From IMG/VR virus record IMGVR_UViG_3300011335_000800, positions 1 through 32,070 of that record: a stretch of 32,070 bases of DNA; one strand, given 5' to 3'. Positions 20,128 to 27,967 of this stretch are shown here, piece by piece. The notes beneath the pieces are model-generated. The model saw only the letters and a list, made by a program, of their open reading frames with translations. It did not search any database and was not told the DNA's origin. The translations under genes and the position numbers were made by a program. The stretch's first letter is position 1, and each line of letters begins with the position of its first letter. The DNA comes from a virus. Its lineage: Duplodnaviria > Caudoviricetes.

Positions 20128-20500
20128 ACACGTTGTCGGGATGTGTAAAGGTTTCGCCTGCTTCTTGTAGTATTATGCGGGCTTCGTTCCAGTGTTCCCA
20201 AGCATCACCTTTCGCACCGTAGGGCCACGAACCCTTAAGCGCCGCATCATAATGCATTACCGCCAGTCTTAGGGCTTCGATGCGGTCTGCGGCTTTGTTG
20301 CAGTCAGTCAGATAGTCTAACGCGATTTCTTTCTGCTGTTCCCATAGGTCATACACAACGGCCTTCTCGCGCTCCAACTGCTCGATGGCTTGCTGGCGGT
20401 GACGGGCAAAGGCTTCGATAAGATCCTCCCGCTCGTCATCCAAAAGCCACAATCCATGCTGCGCTGCTGCCTTGTGGTCAGCCTGTGTAATCTCGGTCAT
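20126..20500 (-). CDS. Hypothetical mosaic early protein (MTEI- start, ADRIEAL module)
   Basis: ORF with GGAGG RBS, ATGA-coupled to the upstream gene. Confidence 0.7.
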   Translation of the reverse strand: MTEITQADHKAAAQHGLWLLDDEREDLIEAFARHRQQAIEQLEREKAVVYDLWEQQKEIALDYLTDCNKAADRIEALRLAVMHYDAALKGSWPYGAKGDAWEHWNEARIILQEAGETFTHPDNV

Positions 20501-20751
20501 ACGTCCTCCACTATCTTAAGGCCGCGCTTGGCTAGTGCTGCGCGGAGCGTTTCTGCGGCTTGCTCGACATGCATGTTACGGTCGGCAAGTTCACCAAGCG
20601 CCTCGACCAGAGGATCGGCGCTCGGTTTGGAGATGATGAAGCGTTCTAATTCAAACTTGATGCGCGTCCACGCTTCTGGATCGGAGCAAGCGCGGCAATG
20701 CTCCACCGCATCCCTCACCAGATCGCTGCTTGTGTGCTTGGGGTTAGTCAT
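20497..20751 (-). CDS. Hypothetical mosaic early protein (DPLVE...RGLKIVE module)
   Basis: Start MTNPKH at 20751 behind AAGGA. Shares its C-terminal module with neighbours. Confidence 0.65.
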   Translation of the reverse strand: MTNPKHTSSDLVRDAVEHCRACSDPEAWTRIKFELERFIISKPSADPLVEALGELADRNMHVEQAAETLRAALAKRGLKIVEDV

Positions 20752-20935
20752 GGGTGGTGTCCTTGTAGTCAGAGCGATGCTTTGAGCAGAACGCCTCGTC
20801 GGCTGGCGCACGGTTGCGGCAGTTTGTGATGATGCAGGTGGCAGCGGGATATATCGCTGTACCGTGATCCTTGTTGACGCAATCACACGCATCTGGATCA
20901 CCATTGCAGCAATAGGCGTATGGCTTCTGACGCAT
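20744..20935 (-). CDS. Small Cys/His-rich, probably zinc-binding protein
   Basis: 63 aa with CC-x6-CxC and C-x4-C...C-xx-H patterns. TGATG coupling. Confidence 0.6.
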   Translation of the reverse strand: MRQKPYAYCCNGDPDACDCVNKDHGTAIYPAATCIITNCRNRAPADEAFCSKHRSDYKDTTHD

Positions 20936-21339
20936 CACCCTTCTCCCCACACGACCCTGCCGCCGCGCTTCTCGATGGCTGCGCGGATGTCGGCTGCGAG
21001 ATCATGACCAAAATCCTCCACCAGCGGATCGGGCTTGGGGAGGACGAAGCGCCTAAAATGCCCCATAAACTCGTCGCGTCCGGGCGTCCGATTGCGCCAC
21101 AGGTCGTTATATGCCTCCACAGCATCGCTCACCCCCTGCCTGTAGGCTTCGTGGGAGTTTAGGATGCCTTCAATGGTAGCCGCGTGTGCAGCCTTATCTG
21201 CTTCGTGCCTCTCGATGGCACGGCAGAGGGCTTCGTCCAGAGGAAGCTCGCGTATGATACGGCGCGTGAGGTCACTATCGCCTTGAGCGCGTTCCACCTC
21301 ATTCAACAGCGCAAGGGCTTTCTTTTCAATCTCGGTCAT
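20935..21339 (-). CDS. Hypothetical mosaic early protein (MTEIEKKA start, KPDPLVE module)
   Basis: GGAG RBS and ATGA coupling. Confidence 0.7.
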   Translation of the reverse strand: MTEIEKKALALLNEVERAQGDSDLTRRIIRELPLDEALCRAIERHEADKAAHAATIEGILNSHEAYRQGVSDAVEAYNDLWRNRTPGRDEFMGHFRRFVLPKPDPLVEDFGHDLAADIRAAIEKRGGRVVWGEG

Positions 21340-21878
21340 CGTTCTGTCTCCTGTAGTGCCATGTGGATTGCGTCCTCAACAACGCTGCTGCATCGGTCGT
21401 AAGTGTCCGGCTGCCACCACTCCCAGCTATCTTTTATATGCGAGATAGCTGACCTCAACCGCGCATTGTCGGCTTGCAGGGTTTCGATACCCGTGTCGGG
21501 ATACATACACCGCTTTGATCCGCAGCATCCTTCTTCGCCGCAAGAGCCGCAGATAGGGCAGTAAGGTGATGGCTCAGTTTCTACTGATAACTGATCTTTT
21601 AGTCGCTCGACTTCGGCCTCAAGGGCTTCGATGCGGTCGGCTATCTCGTTAAGTATCTCTTCTTCTGAAAGATAAACTGCGAGCTTCGCGTACTCACGGA
21701 GCCATGCGATCATTCGTTCATCAGTCATTGTCTTCGTTTCCACATCTATAAGATCGGCATCTTGGGCGATCAGCTCGTCCATCGCTTTCTTCCCCGCTAT
21801 CAGCCCGCAGGTGCACTCCCACGGGTACTGGTCAAGGTGCCAATCGCAGTCCGAAGCGTGTATACGTTTTTCGGTCAT
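21336..21878 (-). CDS. Hypothetical mosaic protein with two Cys clusters and an ADRIEAL coiled coil; likely a fusion of two cassettes
   Basis: HASDC...ECTCG and CPICGSCGEEGCC. Internal junction-like ATG at 21728. Confidence 0.7.
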   Translation of the reverse strand: MTEKRIHASDCDWHLDQYPWECTCGLIAGKKAMDELIAQDADLIDVETKTMTDERMIAWLREYAKLAVYLSEEEILNEIADRIEALEAEVERLKDQLSVETEPSPYCPICGSCGEEGCCGSKRCMYPDTGIETLQADNARLRSAISHIKDSWEWWQPDTYDRCSSVVEDAIHMALQETER

Positions 21879-22225
21879 CGTTCTGTTTCCACGATCTTAA
21901 GGCCGCGCTCAGTGAGAGCGTCGAGGATGGCTTTGATGGCGTCGCTCATTAGACTTTCATCCCGCACTTTGCGCAACGGCCGATTGGTGTCGAGTGCCAC
22001 GGGTGCTGGCATCCCGTTTTTCCGTCCCCCGCACCGTGCCTCAATCATTCGACAGACGGTTTCGTATTCCGGCCAATCGGCCTCTACAACGACGCACTCA
22101 ACAGGATTTACGTTCATATGTTCAAGGTAGCGGAGAAGAGGCTCCCGCGCTCCTTTTTGTAGTCGCTTCAACTTTACTACGATGTAGCGATTTTCGCGCT
22201 CGAAATGGGCGTTATCGGTATTCAT
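21875..22225 (-). CDS. Hypothetical phage protein (FERENRYIVVKLK...CVVVEADWPEYE family)
   Basis: ORF with AAGGA RBS. Recognisable recurring phage motif of unknown function. Confidence 0.7.
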   Translation of the reverse strand: MNTDNAHFERENRYIVVKLKRLQKGAREPLLRYLEHMNVNPVECVVVEADWPEYETVCRMIEARCGGRKNGMPAPVALDTNRPLRKVRDESLMSDAIKAILDALTERGLKIVETER

Positions 22226-22293
22226 GCGATCAAATCCTTATAGGTGAGGCGGCGTCCAATGGCCGCGCGGGCTTTCTTTTCAATCTCGGTCAT
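22222..22293 (-). CDS. 23-aa mini-ORF or remnant cassette MTEIEKKARAAIGRRLTYKDLIA
   Basis: AAGGAG RBS, ATGA-coupled at both ends. Its 5' end duplicates the start of the 20935-21339 gene. Confidence 0.45.
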   Translation of the reverse strand: MTEIEKKARAAIGRRLTYKDLIA

Positions 22294-22457
22294 CGTCCTG
22301 TCTCCTTTTCATCAGGCTCTAGCAAATCAAACATGCGTAACTCCTGAGCCTCTGCCACTAGGTCACGATACCTACGACGTGCGCGTACAAGCTGTTGAGG
22401 TAGGACACGCAGGCGGTAGGTTATCCTGCGCTCCCTTTCATAATCATCAAGAAACAT
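22290..22457 (-). CDS. Hypothetical 55-aa protein MFLDDYERERRITYRLRVLPQQLVRARRRY... (absent from the ORF track)
   Basis: Open frame filling the gap between the HTH gene and the cassette array, ATGA-coupled. Confidence 0.65.
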   Translation of the reverse strand: MFLDDYERERRITYRLRVLPQQLVRARRRYRDLVAEAQELRMFDLLEPDEKETGR

Positions 22458-22704
22458 CACCTAGATCCTCGGGCAATGGATAGACCTCAAAGAAAATCTT
22501 GCCATCAAGTGCATGCGCAACCTTTTCCAATGTATCCAGTCGAGGATTGCTTACGCCTCTCTCCAGATGCAGCAGGGTGAGCCGAGAAATCCCGGCTCTA
22601 GCTGCCACCACATCGATGGATAGGTTTTTATACACACGCCATTCGCGCATGGTCTTACCCAACCTTCTAAGTTCTTCCTTAGTCAAAGCCGGGTACGTCA
22701 TCAT
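22447..22704 (-). CDS. XRE-family helix-turn-helix protein
   Basis: LSIDVVAARAGISRLTLLHLERGVSNPRLDTLEKVAHAL is a canonical HTH_3 pattern. Confidence 0.85.
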   Translation of the reverse strand: MMTYPALTKEELRRLGKTMREWRVYKNLSIDVVAARAGISRLTLLHLERGVSNPRLDTLEKVAHALDGKIFFEVYPLPEDLGDVS

Positions 22705-23092
22705 CGAGATCATCCCATGGTTTAGATGCGCCGCCGTTGCTTTGCTGCGGGGTAGCAGCACCGTCGTCGCGTGCGGACATGAGCAGTAAGCGACCATCAA
22801 ATCGACCGACCACTATCTCGACAGCCAGCTTCTCAACCCCATTCTTGTCGATATAGGTACGAGTAGCCAGGTCGCCCTCGACATAGAGACGTGTACCCTT
22901 GCGAGCGTAGCTTTGCAGCACCTCAATCTTCTTCTCATCAAAGCAGACAATCTTGAACCAGGTGGTGCTCTTCTCTCCTTTGCTCACCTTGTTAACGGCA
23001 AGAGAAAAACGAGCGAGCTTGCCGCCAGCAGCAATCTCTTTGACCTCGGGATCTTGGCCCAGGTTGCCAATGATGGTTGCTCTAGCCAGCAT
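22679..23092 (-). CDS. ssb: Single-stranded DNA-binding protein
   Basis: IIGNLGQDPE, FSLAV, KGTRLYVEGDL, acidic tail DDLDDDVPGF. Confidence 0.92.
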   Translation of the reverse strand: MLARATIIGNLGQDPEVKEIAAGGKLARFSLAVNKVSKGEKSTTWFKIVCFDEKKIEVLQSYARKGTRLYVEGDLATRTYIDKNGVEKLAVEIVVGRFDGRLLLMSARDDGAATPQQSNGGASKPWDDLDDDVPGFD

Positions 23093-23297
23093 TGTTTGTT
23101 CCCTTCAGGGCAGCCAGATAGGCAGAGACTTCGGGATGCGCCTGGTGAGGAAGGTGCTTAGGCAGCCACTCCTCAAGCAACTCGATCACGATACGCTTGA
23201 CTGCGAAGGGCGGATCGAAAGCGCTGGGTGCGCCCTCTTCCACCTGGCTTGGTATTTCTACAGGCTTCGCCGCTTTGGGTTTGCGTTTGGTCGTCAT
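23082..23297 (-). CDS. Hypothetical protein
   Basis: 71-aa ORF coupled between erf and ssb, AGGAG RBS. Confidence 0.6.
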   Translation of the reverse strand: MTTKRKPKAAKPVEIPSQVEEGAPSAFDPPFAVKRIVIELLEEWLPKHLPHQAHPEVSAYLAALKGTNNAG

Positions 23298-23878
23298 TGT
23301 GTAAGCTCCTTCTTCTTCTTTGCGTAAGCCTGTTTGACCATGGCAACCTTGGCTGCATCGATCGTGTTGGCTCGGTTGATTGCAGGACGATAGGTTTCCA
23401 GAAGCGCTTCAAGTTCTACGCTGCTGGTAGCTGTCGGGATTGCCAGTGAGAAAGCAGTTAGCTCCTCGATAGCAGGATCTTTGTAGGTTACATCCTGGTC
23501 AAGATCGGGGTCGTCGCCAGTCTCAAGGCCCAGCGTCTTGAGCAGTGCGTACTTGACCGCATAAGACATAGCCTTGCCGGGGCCCTTGTCCTGCTCGTCA
23601 ATGCCATAGCCAAAGCTATCGACCTTGATATGGTCAGCCGGATCATCGATGTTGGCAAACACCATGGTCAGCTTGCATGCAGTGCGGTTGCCTGTCTGCT
23701 CATAGGTAAGGTCGGTGGGGTAGTAGATAACCCCAGCCTTGAGCAATGCAGGCCGGACCTTGGCAGTCACAGCATCATGGCTAACGATAGTGTATCGCAT
23801 GCCCTGCTTGCGTTCCTTCTGGATGTAAGTCACCTCGCCCATCGCTTCCGCAATGCGCTGGTGCAGGTTCTTACTCAT
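23294..23878 (-). CDS. erf: ERF-family single-strand annealing protein
   Basis: DKGPGKAMSYAVKYALLKTLGLETGDDPD is the ERF signature. Confidence 0.88.
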   Translation of the reverse strand: MSKNLHQRIAEAMGEVTYIQKERKQGMRYTIVSHDAVTAKVRPALLKAGVIYYPTDLTYEQTGNRTACKLTMVFANIDDPADHIKVDSFGYGIDEQDKGPGKAMSYAVKYALLKTLGLETGDDPDLDQDVTYKDPAIEELTAFSLAIPTATSSVELEALLETYRPAINRANTIDAAKVAMVKQAYAKKKKELTQ

Positions 23879-24084
23879 GATGATATTCCTTCTTTAAGCC
23901 AGATCCGATAGGTTCCATCCGCCTGCTTTCGAGTGGTAATCTTGTAACCCTGACGACGACCCTGATGGCATGCACGTATAAACGCCTTGTGATCGGTCAT
24001 CGCAAAGCTGTCCCCTGGTTCCATGTCTGCGAACGGAAAGCTCTCGCGCTCGATGGGGATATTCTTCTCAATCTTGTACGTCAT
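23875..24084 (-). CDS. Small conserved phage protein (YKIEKNIP...FPFADMEPGDSF)
   Basis: AAGGAG RBS. Recurring small phage protein, possibly DNA-binding. Confidence 0.7.
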   Translation of the reverse strand: MTYKIEKNIPIERESFPFADMEPGDSFAMTDHKAFIRACHQGRRQGYKITTRKQADGTYRIWLKEGISS

Positions 24085-24085
24085 A

Positions 24086-24403
24086 TCATTCTCCTTCTTG
24101 ATAATTTCTATGGACCCAAACAACGGCGCGTCGCCCACTCGCAAGGCGCGCGCGTCGTTGGGTGGGGACGATTAAACCCTTGGCAGTTAATTCTGCACGG
24201 CGTGTGCGGTAGGTAGAGCCATGGCAATTGAACGCATTGGACAGCTGCTCATCGGTAAAGCCCTTCTCGCCTTGGTCGAAGGCGTAGTTGAGCACGTCCT
24301 CCTGCAACAGGTTGCGCTTGGGTTCGATGAAGTCAGCGGCTTCCTTGCTGGTGTCGGGATCATGCCGACGATACAGCTGCTTGATAACATCATTCAGATC
24401 CAT
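24086..24403 (-). CDS. Winged-helix DNA-binding protein
   Basis: DPDTSKEAA...GFTDEQL...RTRRAELTAKGLI...SGRRAVVW. Confidence 0.75.
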   Translation of the reverse strand: MDLNDVIKQLYRRHDPDTSKEAADFIEPKRNLLQEDVLNYAFDQGEKGFTDEQLSNAFNCHGSTYRTRRAELTAKGLIVPTQRRARLASGRRAVVWVHRNYQEGE

Positions 24404-24581
24404 TGCTGTTTCCCTTCGGGTTCTCTGCTGCGGCACGGATGGCAACGCATGCCTCTGCTATTCGACCAGCGTTGACGTTAAACAAGGCGGCAAGCGTATG
24501 CTGATGGATACCTTTGACATAATAAGCCCAGGCAACCGTAATCCGCTCCTCTGGGGTAAGCGCTGTCTTACTCTCCTTCAC
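24390..24581 (-). CDS. Small HTH protein (sigma70 region-4-like)
   Basis: GTG start after GGAGGAGG. LTPEERITV...GIHQHTLAALFNVNAGRIAE. Confidence 0.6.
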   Translation of the reverse strand: MKESKTALTPEERITVAWAYYVKGIHQHTLAALFNVNAGRIAEACVAIRAAAENPKGNSNGSE

Positions 24582-24738
24582 CGATAACCTCCTCCTTGAT
24601 CCAAGCCATGGCTGTGCAAATGGCATCCCATTCTTCGTCATGCTCTCGGTCTGTCTCTGGTATGCAATCTTCTCGATATGCCCAGAGAGCGCACCAGATC
24701 TGGTCAAGCCAGCTGGCTTTGTCTGCTCTAGTCAACAT
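24568..24738 (-). CDS. Hypothetical acidic Trp-rich 56-aa protein (absent from the ORF track)
   Basis: GAGGAGG RBS. MLTRADKASWLDQIWCALWAYREDCIPETDREHDEEWDAICTAMAWIKEE. Confidence 0.65.
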   Translation of the reverse strand: MLTRADKASWLDQIWCALWAYREDCIPETDREHDEEWDAICTAMAWIKEEVIGEGE

Positions 24739-24739
24739 G

Positions 24740-25561
24740 TCATGCCTCCTCTTTCATTGTGCGCAGCGACAGGCGGCCACGACGGTCACGGCGTACGATA
24801 ACGCCAGCGCCATAGGCTTCGGCTGCATCTTCGGGGACAAGCGCCTTGATCGCTTTGGCTGTGCTCTCATTGCGCGCAGCAGCCTCGCGTGTTTCAATCC
24901 AGTCGAAGGCTGTGCTGGTCCATTCGTTGTTGCCTGTCATGTCAACAGTGCGCAGCTTGTCGATCAGTACGTTGGCTGCCTTCTCCTGCATGGCAGAAGC
25001 CTGACCTATGGGTTCGATCTCTGGTGGAACTTTATTCTCTACGTGCCACCAGAACGCCTGCTCCATATTGATTAGCTCTGCAATGTAGGTTTCATTGCGG
25101 TCGATCAGGCAGAACTCTGGATCGTCATTGCCCTTGATGATGGAGAAGTAGCAGTCGGGCACATTGGCAACAGCAATGTAATGCTGCAGCTGGGGCATGT
25201 AGTAGCGCGCCTTCTCGCGCAGCGTAGCCCTGGCATTGGTGTGCTTCAGTTCGACAAAGGTATTGCGCTCGGCAACCCAGCCATCGAGGTTGGCATACAT
25301 GAACGTATAAACGTCATGCTGCTGGAACGGTGGCGCGTCATCGATGGTAAAGCCTGTCTGCATGGCAAACCAGCGGCGGTGTAAGGGCTCGGTTGTAATG
25401 CCCAGCTGCACCTTGAATACAGCACTGAGATCGTCAGGCTGGGAGAGCCCTACCTTCTCGTTGTACAGGCTGCGCCAATCGCCTCGGGCGATACGCATTG
25501 CATCGCTGCCGCCAATGCCACGGCTGCGGTTAAGTTGTGACATGATGTTGCTTGTGTCCAT
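24740..25561 (-). CDS. YqaJ/lambda-exonuclease-family recombination nuclease
   Basis: GIGGSDA, ANLDG, VELKHT, YMPQLQHY. Confidence 0.9.
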   Translation of the reverse strand: MDTSNIMSQLNRSRGIGGSDAMRIARGDWRSLYNEKVGLSQPDDLSAVFKVQLGITTEPLHRRWFAMQTGFTIDDAPPFQQHDVYTFMYANLDGWVAERNTFVELKHTNARATLREKARYYMPQLQHYIAVANVPDCYFSIIKGNDDPEFCLIDRNETYIAELINMEQAFWWHVENKVPPEIEPIGQASAMQEKAANVLIDKLRTVDMTGNNEWTSTAFDWIETREAAARNESTAKAIKALVPEDAAEAYGAGVIVRRDRRGRLSLRTMKEEA

Positions 25562-25577
25562 GTTATATTCCTTGTTG

Positions 25578-25778
25578 TTATATTTCTTTGACGATGCACT
25601 CAGTCACGAAGCAACTGAGTAGCTGGGCCACACCAAAGCTGATGTTGGGGTAGCTTTCTGCCATACGCATTGCGCATTCACGCGCGCTGGCTAATTCTTC
25701 ATGCAGGCTGTGAACTTCATATCCATCTGCAATGTCTGCAGTCTTGATATCCAGCACAAGATACCTGGTTCTTGCCAT
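25578..25778 (-). CDS. Hypothetical protein
   Basis: AAGGA RBS. First gene after the predicted promoter. Confidence 0.6.
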   Translation of the reverse strand: MARTRYLVLDIKTADIADGYEVHSLHEELASARECAMRMAESYPNISFGVAQLLSCFVTECIVKEI

Positions 25779-25801
25779 GTCCTTCCTTCCTTCCTGTTGC
25801 T

Positions 25802-25829
25802 ATTCTATACTGCGTTGTTGCAAGGTCAA
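25802..25829 (-). promoter_or_regulatory. Sigma70-type promoter of the recombination operon with an overlapping operator
   Basis: TTGACC-16nt-TAGAAT on the - strand. TGCGTTGTTGCA lies in the spacer. Confidence 0.65.
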
Positions 25830-25832
25830 CAA

Positions 25833-26435
25833 TTATTTACTGCGTTCATGCAGTAAGCGTAGCGCACTATCGACTAATCTGCGTGCGCTGCCGAGCTTGA
25901 TTTGGAACACAGCAATATCCTGCCGTTCTTCCTTTGCGGCTTCGATAAAATCTGCAGGCAAGGGTAGCCGTGGCCACTTGTGCGTACGGATTAGCTTGAG
26001 GCAGGCAGCTTCAAACTTATACTGCGGCAACTCTTTGAGCGCGTGGAAGTATAGCTTGAGGCCGATGGTCGAGGGAACGCTGACCTGCAGCATCTCGGCA
26101 ATCGATCCAATTGCATCGGCAATCTTTTCTTTGCTGACGAGCGGGAGCGCATGCTCCGCTTCGGCTTGGGCATGCGAGAGCGCTGCGGCAGCATCGATAA
26201 GCACATCTTCGCGCTCATCAATATCCCAAGGCATGGTCTTATAAGACAGTGCCATCCAGTGCAGCACGCAATCGTTCACGATTGTCGTCAGTTCTTCGGG
26301 CACCTTGATCGAAAGACTTTCCTTTGGATCTTTGATAACCGGCAGACCTGCGGATCCAGTTGCGCCAGGTTGCTGTCCAGTTGACCATCGCTTTTCCATT
26401 GCCGTGCCAGTAATCACGGAACCTATCTGTTTCAT
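25833..26435 (-). CDS. Replication partner protein (lambda-P/helicase-loader-like), overlapping the initiator
   Basis: YFHALKELP...EAACLKLIRTHKWPRLPLPADF pattern, directly downstream of the initiator. Best RBS (GGAG) precedes ATG 26435; the start is uncertain. Confidence 0.6.
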   Translation of the reverse strand: MKQIGSVITGTAMEKRWSTGQQPGATGSAGLPVIKDPKESLSIKVPEELTTIVNDCVLHWMALSYKTMPWDIDEREDVLIDAAAALSHAQAEAEHALPLVSKEKIADAIGSIAEMLQVSVPSTIGLKLYFHALKELPQYKFEAACLKLIRTHKWPRLPLPADFIEAAKEERQDIAVFQIKLGSARRLVDSALRLLHERSK

Positions 26436-26898
26436 TATCAATCTCCACTGTTGGAAATGCTTGCCGAGCCCAATCACGATCATGGTCCTCGGGTTGCCAG
26501 CCATCAGGCAGACGATGCGGACGCTTGCCTTTGACGGGAGGAGATGATGGTTCATTGGTGGTTATTGGTGGTTCGGGGGCAGCTCCTGCCGGGGTGGGGG
26601 GCGAGAGATGCCGGGGTGGGGGGCAGCTGTCGCCGGGGGCAGTAGTTGCCGGGGTCAATTTATACCTGTTAGTTCGACCATGTTCGACCACAGTTTGCAG
26701 CAGGCCATCAGCTTCCAGCCTGCGAAGTGCAGTGCGGACAGTGCGTTCAGACAGGGCAGTGAACAGACAGAGCCGTGCGATTGAAGGCCAGCTTGCGCCA
26801 TCATGGTTAGCGTGGTCGGCAAGAGCTATCAAAACTAGCTTGTCAGTGGGGCTTTCCATCTGTAGATGAAATGCCCAGTTCAACATTTCTATCGACAT
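26239..26898 (-). CDS. Replication initiator (lambda-O-like, N-terminal winged HTH)
   Basis: KLVLIALADHA...WPSIARL...SERTVRTALRRLEADGLL, Pro-rich linker, C-terminal FRDYW...NWTATWRNWIRR. Confidence 0.85.
   Translation of the reverse strand: MSIEMLNWAFHLQMESPTDKLVLIALADHANHDGASWPSIARLCLFTALSERTVRTALRRLEADGLLQTVVEHGRTNRYKLTPATTAPGDSCPPPRHLSPPTPAGAAPEPPITTNEPSSPPVKGKRPHRLPDGWQPEDHDRDWARQAFPTVEIDNETDRFRDYWHGNGKAMVNWTATWRNWIRRSAGYQRSKGKSFDQGARRTDDNRERLRAALDGTVL
26575..26665. repeat. Iteron-like repeats inside the initiator gene (probable origin)
   Basis: TGCCGGGGTGGGGGGC at 26587-26602 and 26609-26624, plus GCCGGGGGCAG, TGCCGGGGT and GGGGGCAGCT, next to CAATTTATAC. Confidence 0.65.
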
Positions 26899-26967
26899 TC
26901 CCTTCCTTCCGATTTTGTTGGACTGCTTGTGTCTACTGGGCTCCCTTCGGGGGGCCCTTTTTATTTT
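26875..26967 (+). ncRNA. Predicted ~90-nt antisense RNA over the initiator RBS and start codon
   Basis: + strand TTGTCA-17nt-TAGATG (26840-26868) and a + strand terminator at 26938-26967, inside a - strand operon. Confidence 0.5.
26938..26967 (+). terminator. Rho-independent terminator oriented against the local genes
   Basis: GGGCTCCC-TTCG-GGGGGCCC-TTTTTATTTT. Confidence 0.8.
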
Positions 26968-27472
26968 AGAATATACGGCCTTCCCATTGTGGGACTTCGC
27001 GCGCCGGTATCTCTTTGATCTCTATGCGATATATCGCCTGCACCAGTTTCTTTTTAAGCCGGTAAATATCAGTGACCATACCCTTCACATCCTCGATCAC
27101 CGAGCGGATAGGATAGCCTCGATCATCAATCACATCATAGGCAAAGTCGGCCAGATAACTGCACACCAGTTCGTTGTTCACACGGCATGGCAGCTTCTTT
27201 TGAAGTTCGAGATTGTCGATCTGTCCTTGCTCGACCAGGATCTTTAGCTGCTCGTAACGCCTGGCTTCGGCAGCACTGGCAAACCAGTGACCATCGACCC
27301 GCTCACCAGCTGCATTATACTTCCCCCTCCGGCGGGTAGTAGATTTGGTAGCACGGGTAGCAGTACCAGCTTTTGCCGAAGTCTTTGCTCCAGCACGCAT
27401 TTGCTTGGTCGCCGCAGCAAGCGCAGCTTTTTTCGTAGGTCCTATTATCCCGCCCTCTTTCCGCTTCGGCAT
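26966..27472 (-). CDS. DUF1064-family PD-(D/E)xK nuclease (possible resolvase)
   Basis: KYNA...VDGHWFASAAEARRY...YLADF...IEDVKG...YRLKKKL. Basic N-terminal extension. Confidence 0.85.
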   Translation of the reverse strand: MPKRKEGGIIGPTKKAALAAATKQMRAGAKTSAKAGTATRATKSTTRRRGKYNAAGERVDGHWFASAAEARRYEQLKILVEQGQIDNLELQKKLPCRVNNELVCSYLADFAYDVIDDRGYPIRSVIEDVKGMVTDIYRLKKKLVQAIYRIEIKEIPAREVPQWEGRIF

Positions 27473-27477
27473 GCTTC

Positions 27478-27735
27478 TTACTCCTTCTCGACAACGAACC
27501 TAACCCCTAACGCTTTGGCCCAACACATTAGAAAGAACGCACCAGGGAAACGGTGCATGGCCTCCCACTTGGCGACCATTGCCTCACTCATGCCGAGCCT
27601 GTCGTTCAATTCGAATTGGCTCATGCCGAGGTGCTGTCGCCTGGCGATCAGCTGTTCAATCAAGTCACGATAGAAGTTCTGTTCTTCCGGTGAAACGGGT
27701 CGTGTGTGCACGTTTTTGGTAGGCGGCAGATCCAT
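27478..27735 (-). CDS. XRE-family HTH protein
   Basis: RRQHLGMSQFELNDRLGMSEAMVAKWE...P...CWAKALG. Confidence 0.8.
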   Translation of the reverse strand: MDLPPTKNVHTRPVSPEEQNFYRDLIEQLIARRQHLGMSQFELNDRLGMSEAMVAKWEAMHRFPGAFFLMCWAKALGVRFVVEKE

Positions 27736-27922
27736 TTGTATCCCACTGTTCGATAGCAGCTGCAACTTTTCGTGCCGTGTCGAGACGCAAATCTTGACCG
27801 TGCAACGCACGATAGAAAGTGCTGTCGGGAACACCGGCCAGCATGAAGGCACGCTTCAAGGGAAGCTCGACCTTCATGGCAAGCTCCTCAAGTTGATCGA
27901 TGTAAGAATGTAAGATGGTCAT
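27665..27922 (-). CDS. Cro-like HTH protein
   Basis: LKRAFMLAGVPDSTFYRALHGQDLRLDTARKV. First gene downstream of tandem palindromes. Confidence 0.7.
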   Translation of the reverse strand: MTILHSYIDQLEELAMKVELPLKRAFMLAGVPDSTFYRALHGQDLRLDTARKVAAAIEQWDTNGSAAYQKRAHTTRFTGRTELLS

Positions 27923-27967
27923 GGTGTCTCGCCTTCGAGAGGCAAGCTACTCCATCCCTTATGCCAA

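Noticed and set aside
20126-22306. Repeats considered as a CRISPR array, integron attC sites or a DGR template/variable pair
   Set aside because: Spacing is irregular and the repeats are coding junctions. There is no cas, integrase or reverse transcriptase gene and no adenine-specific mismatch pattern.
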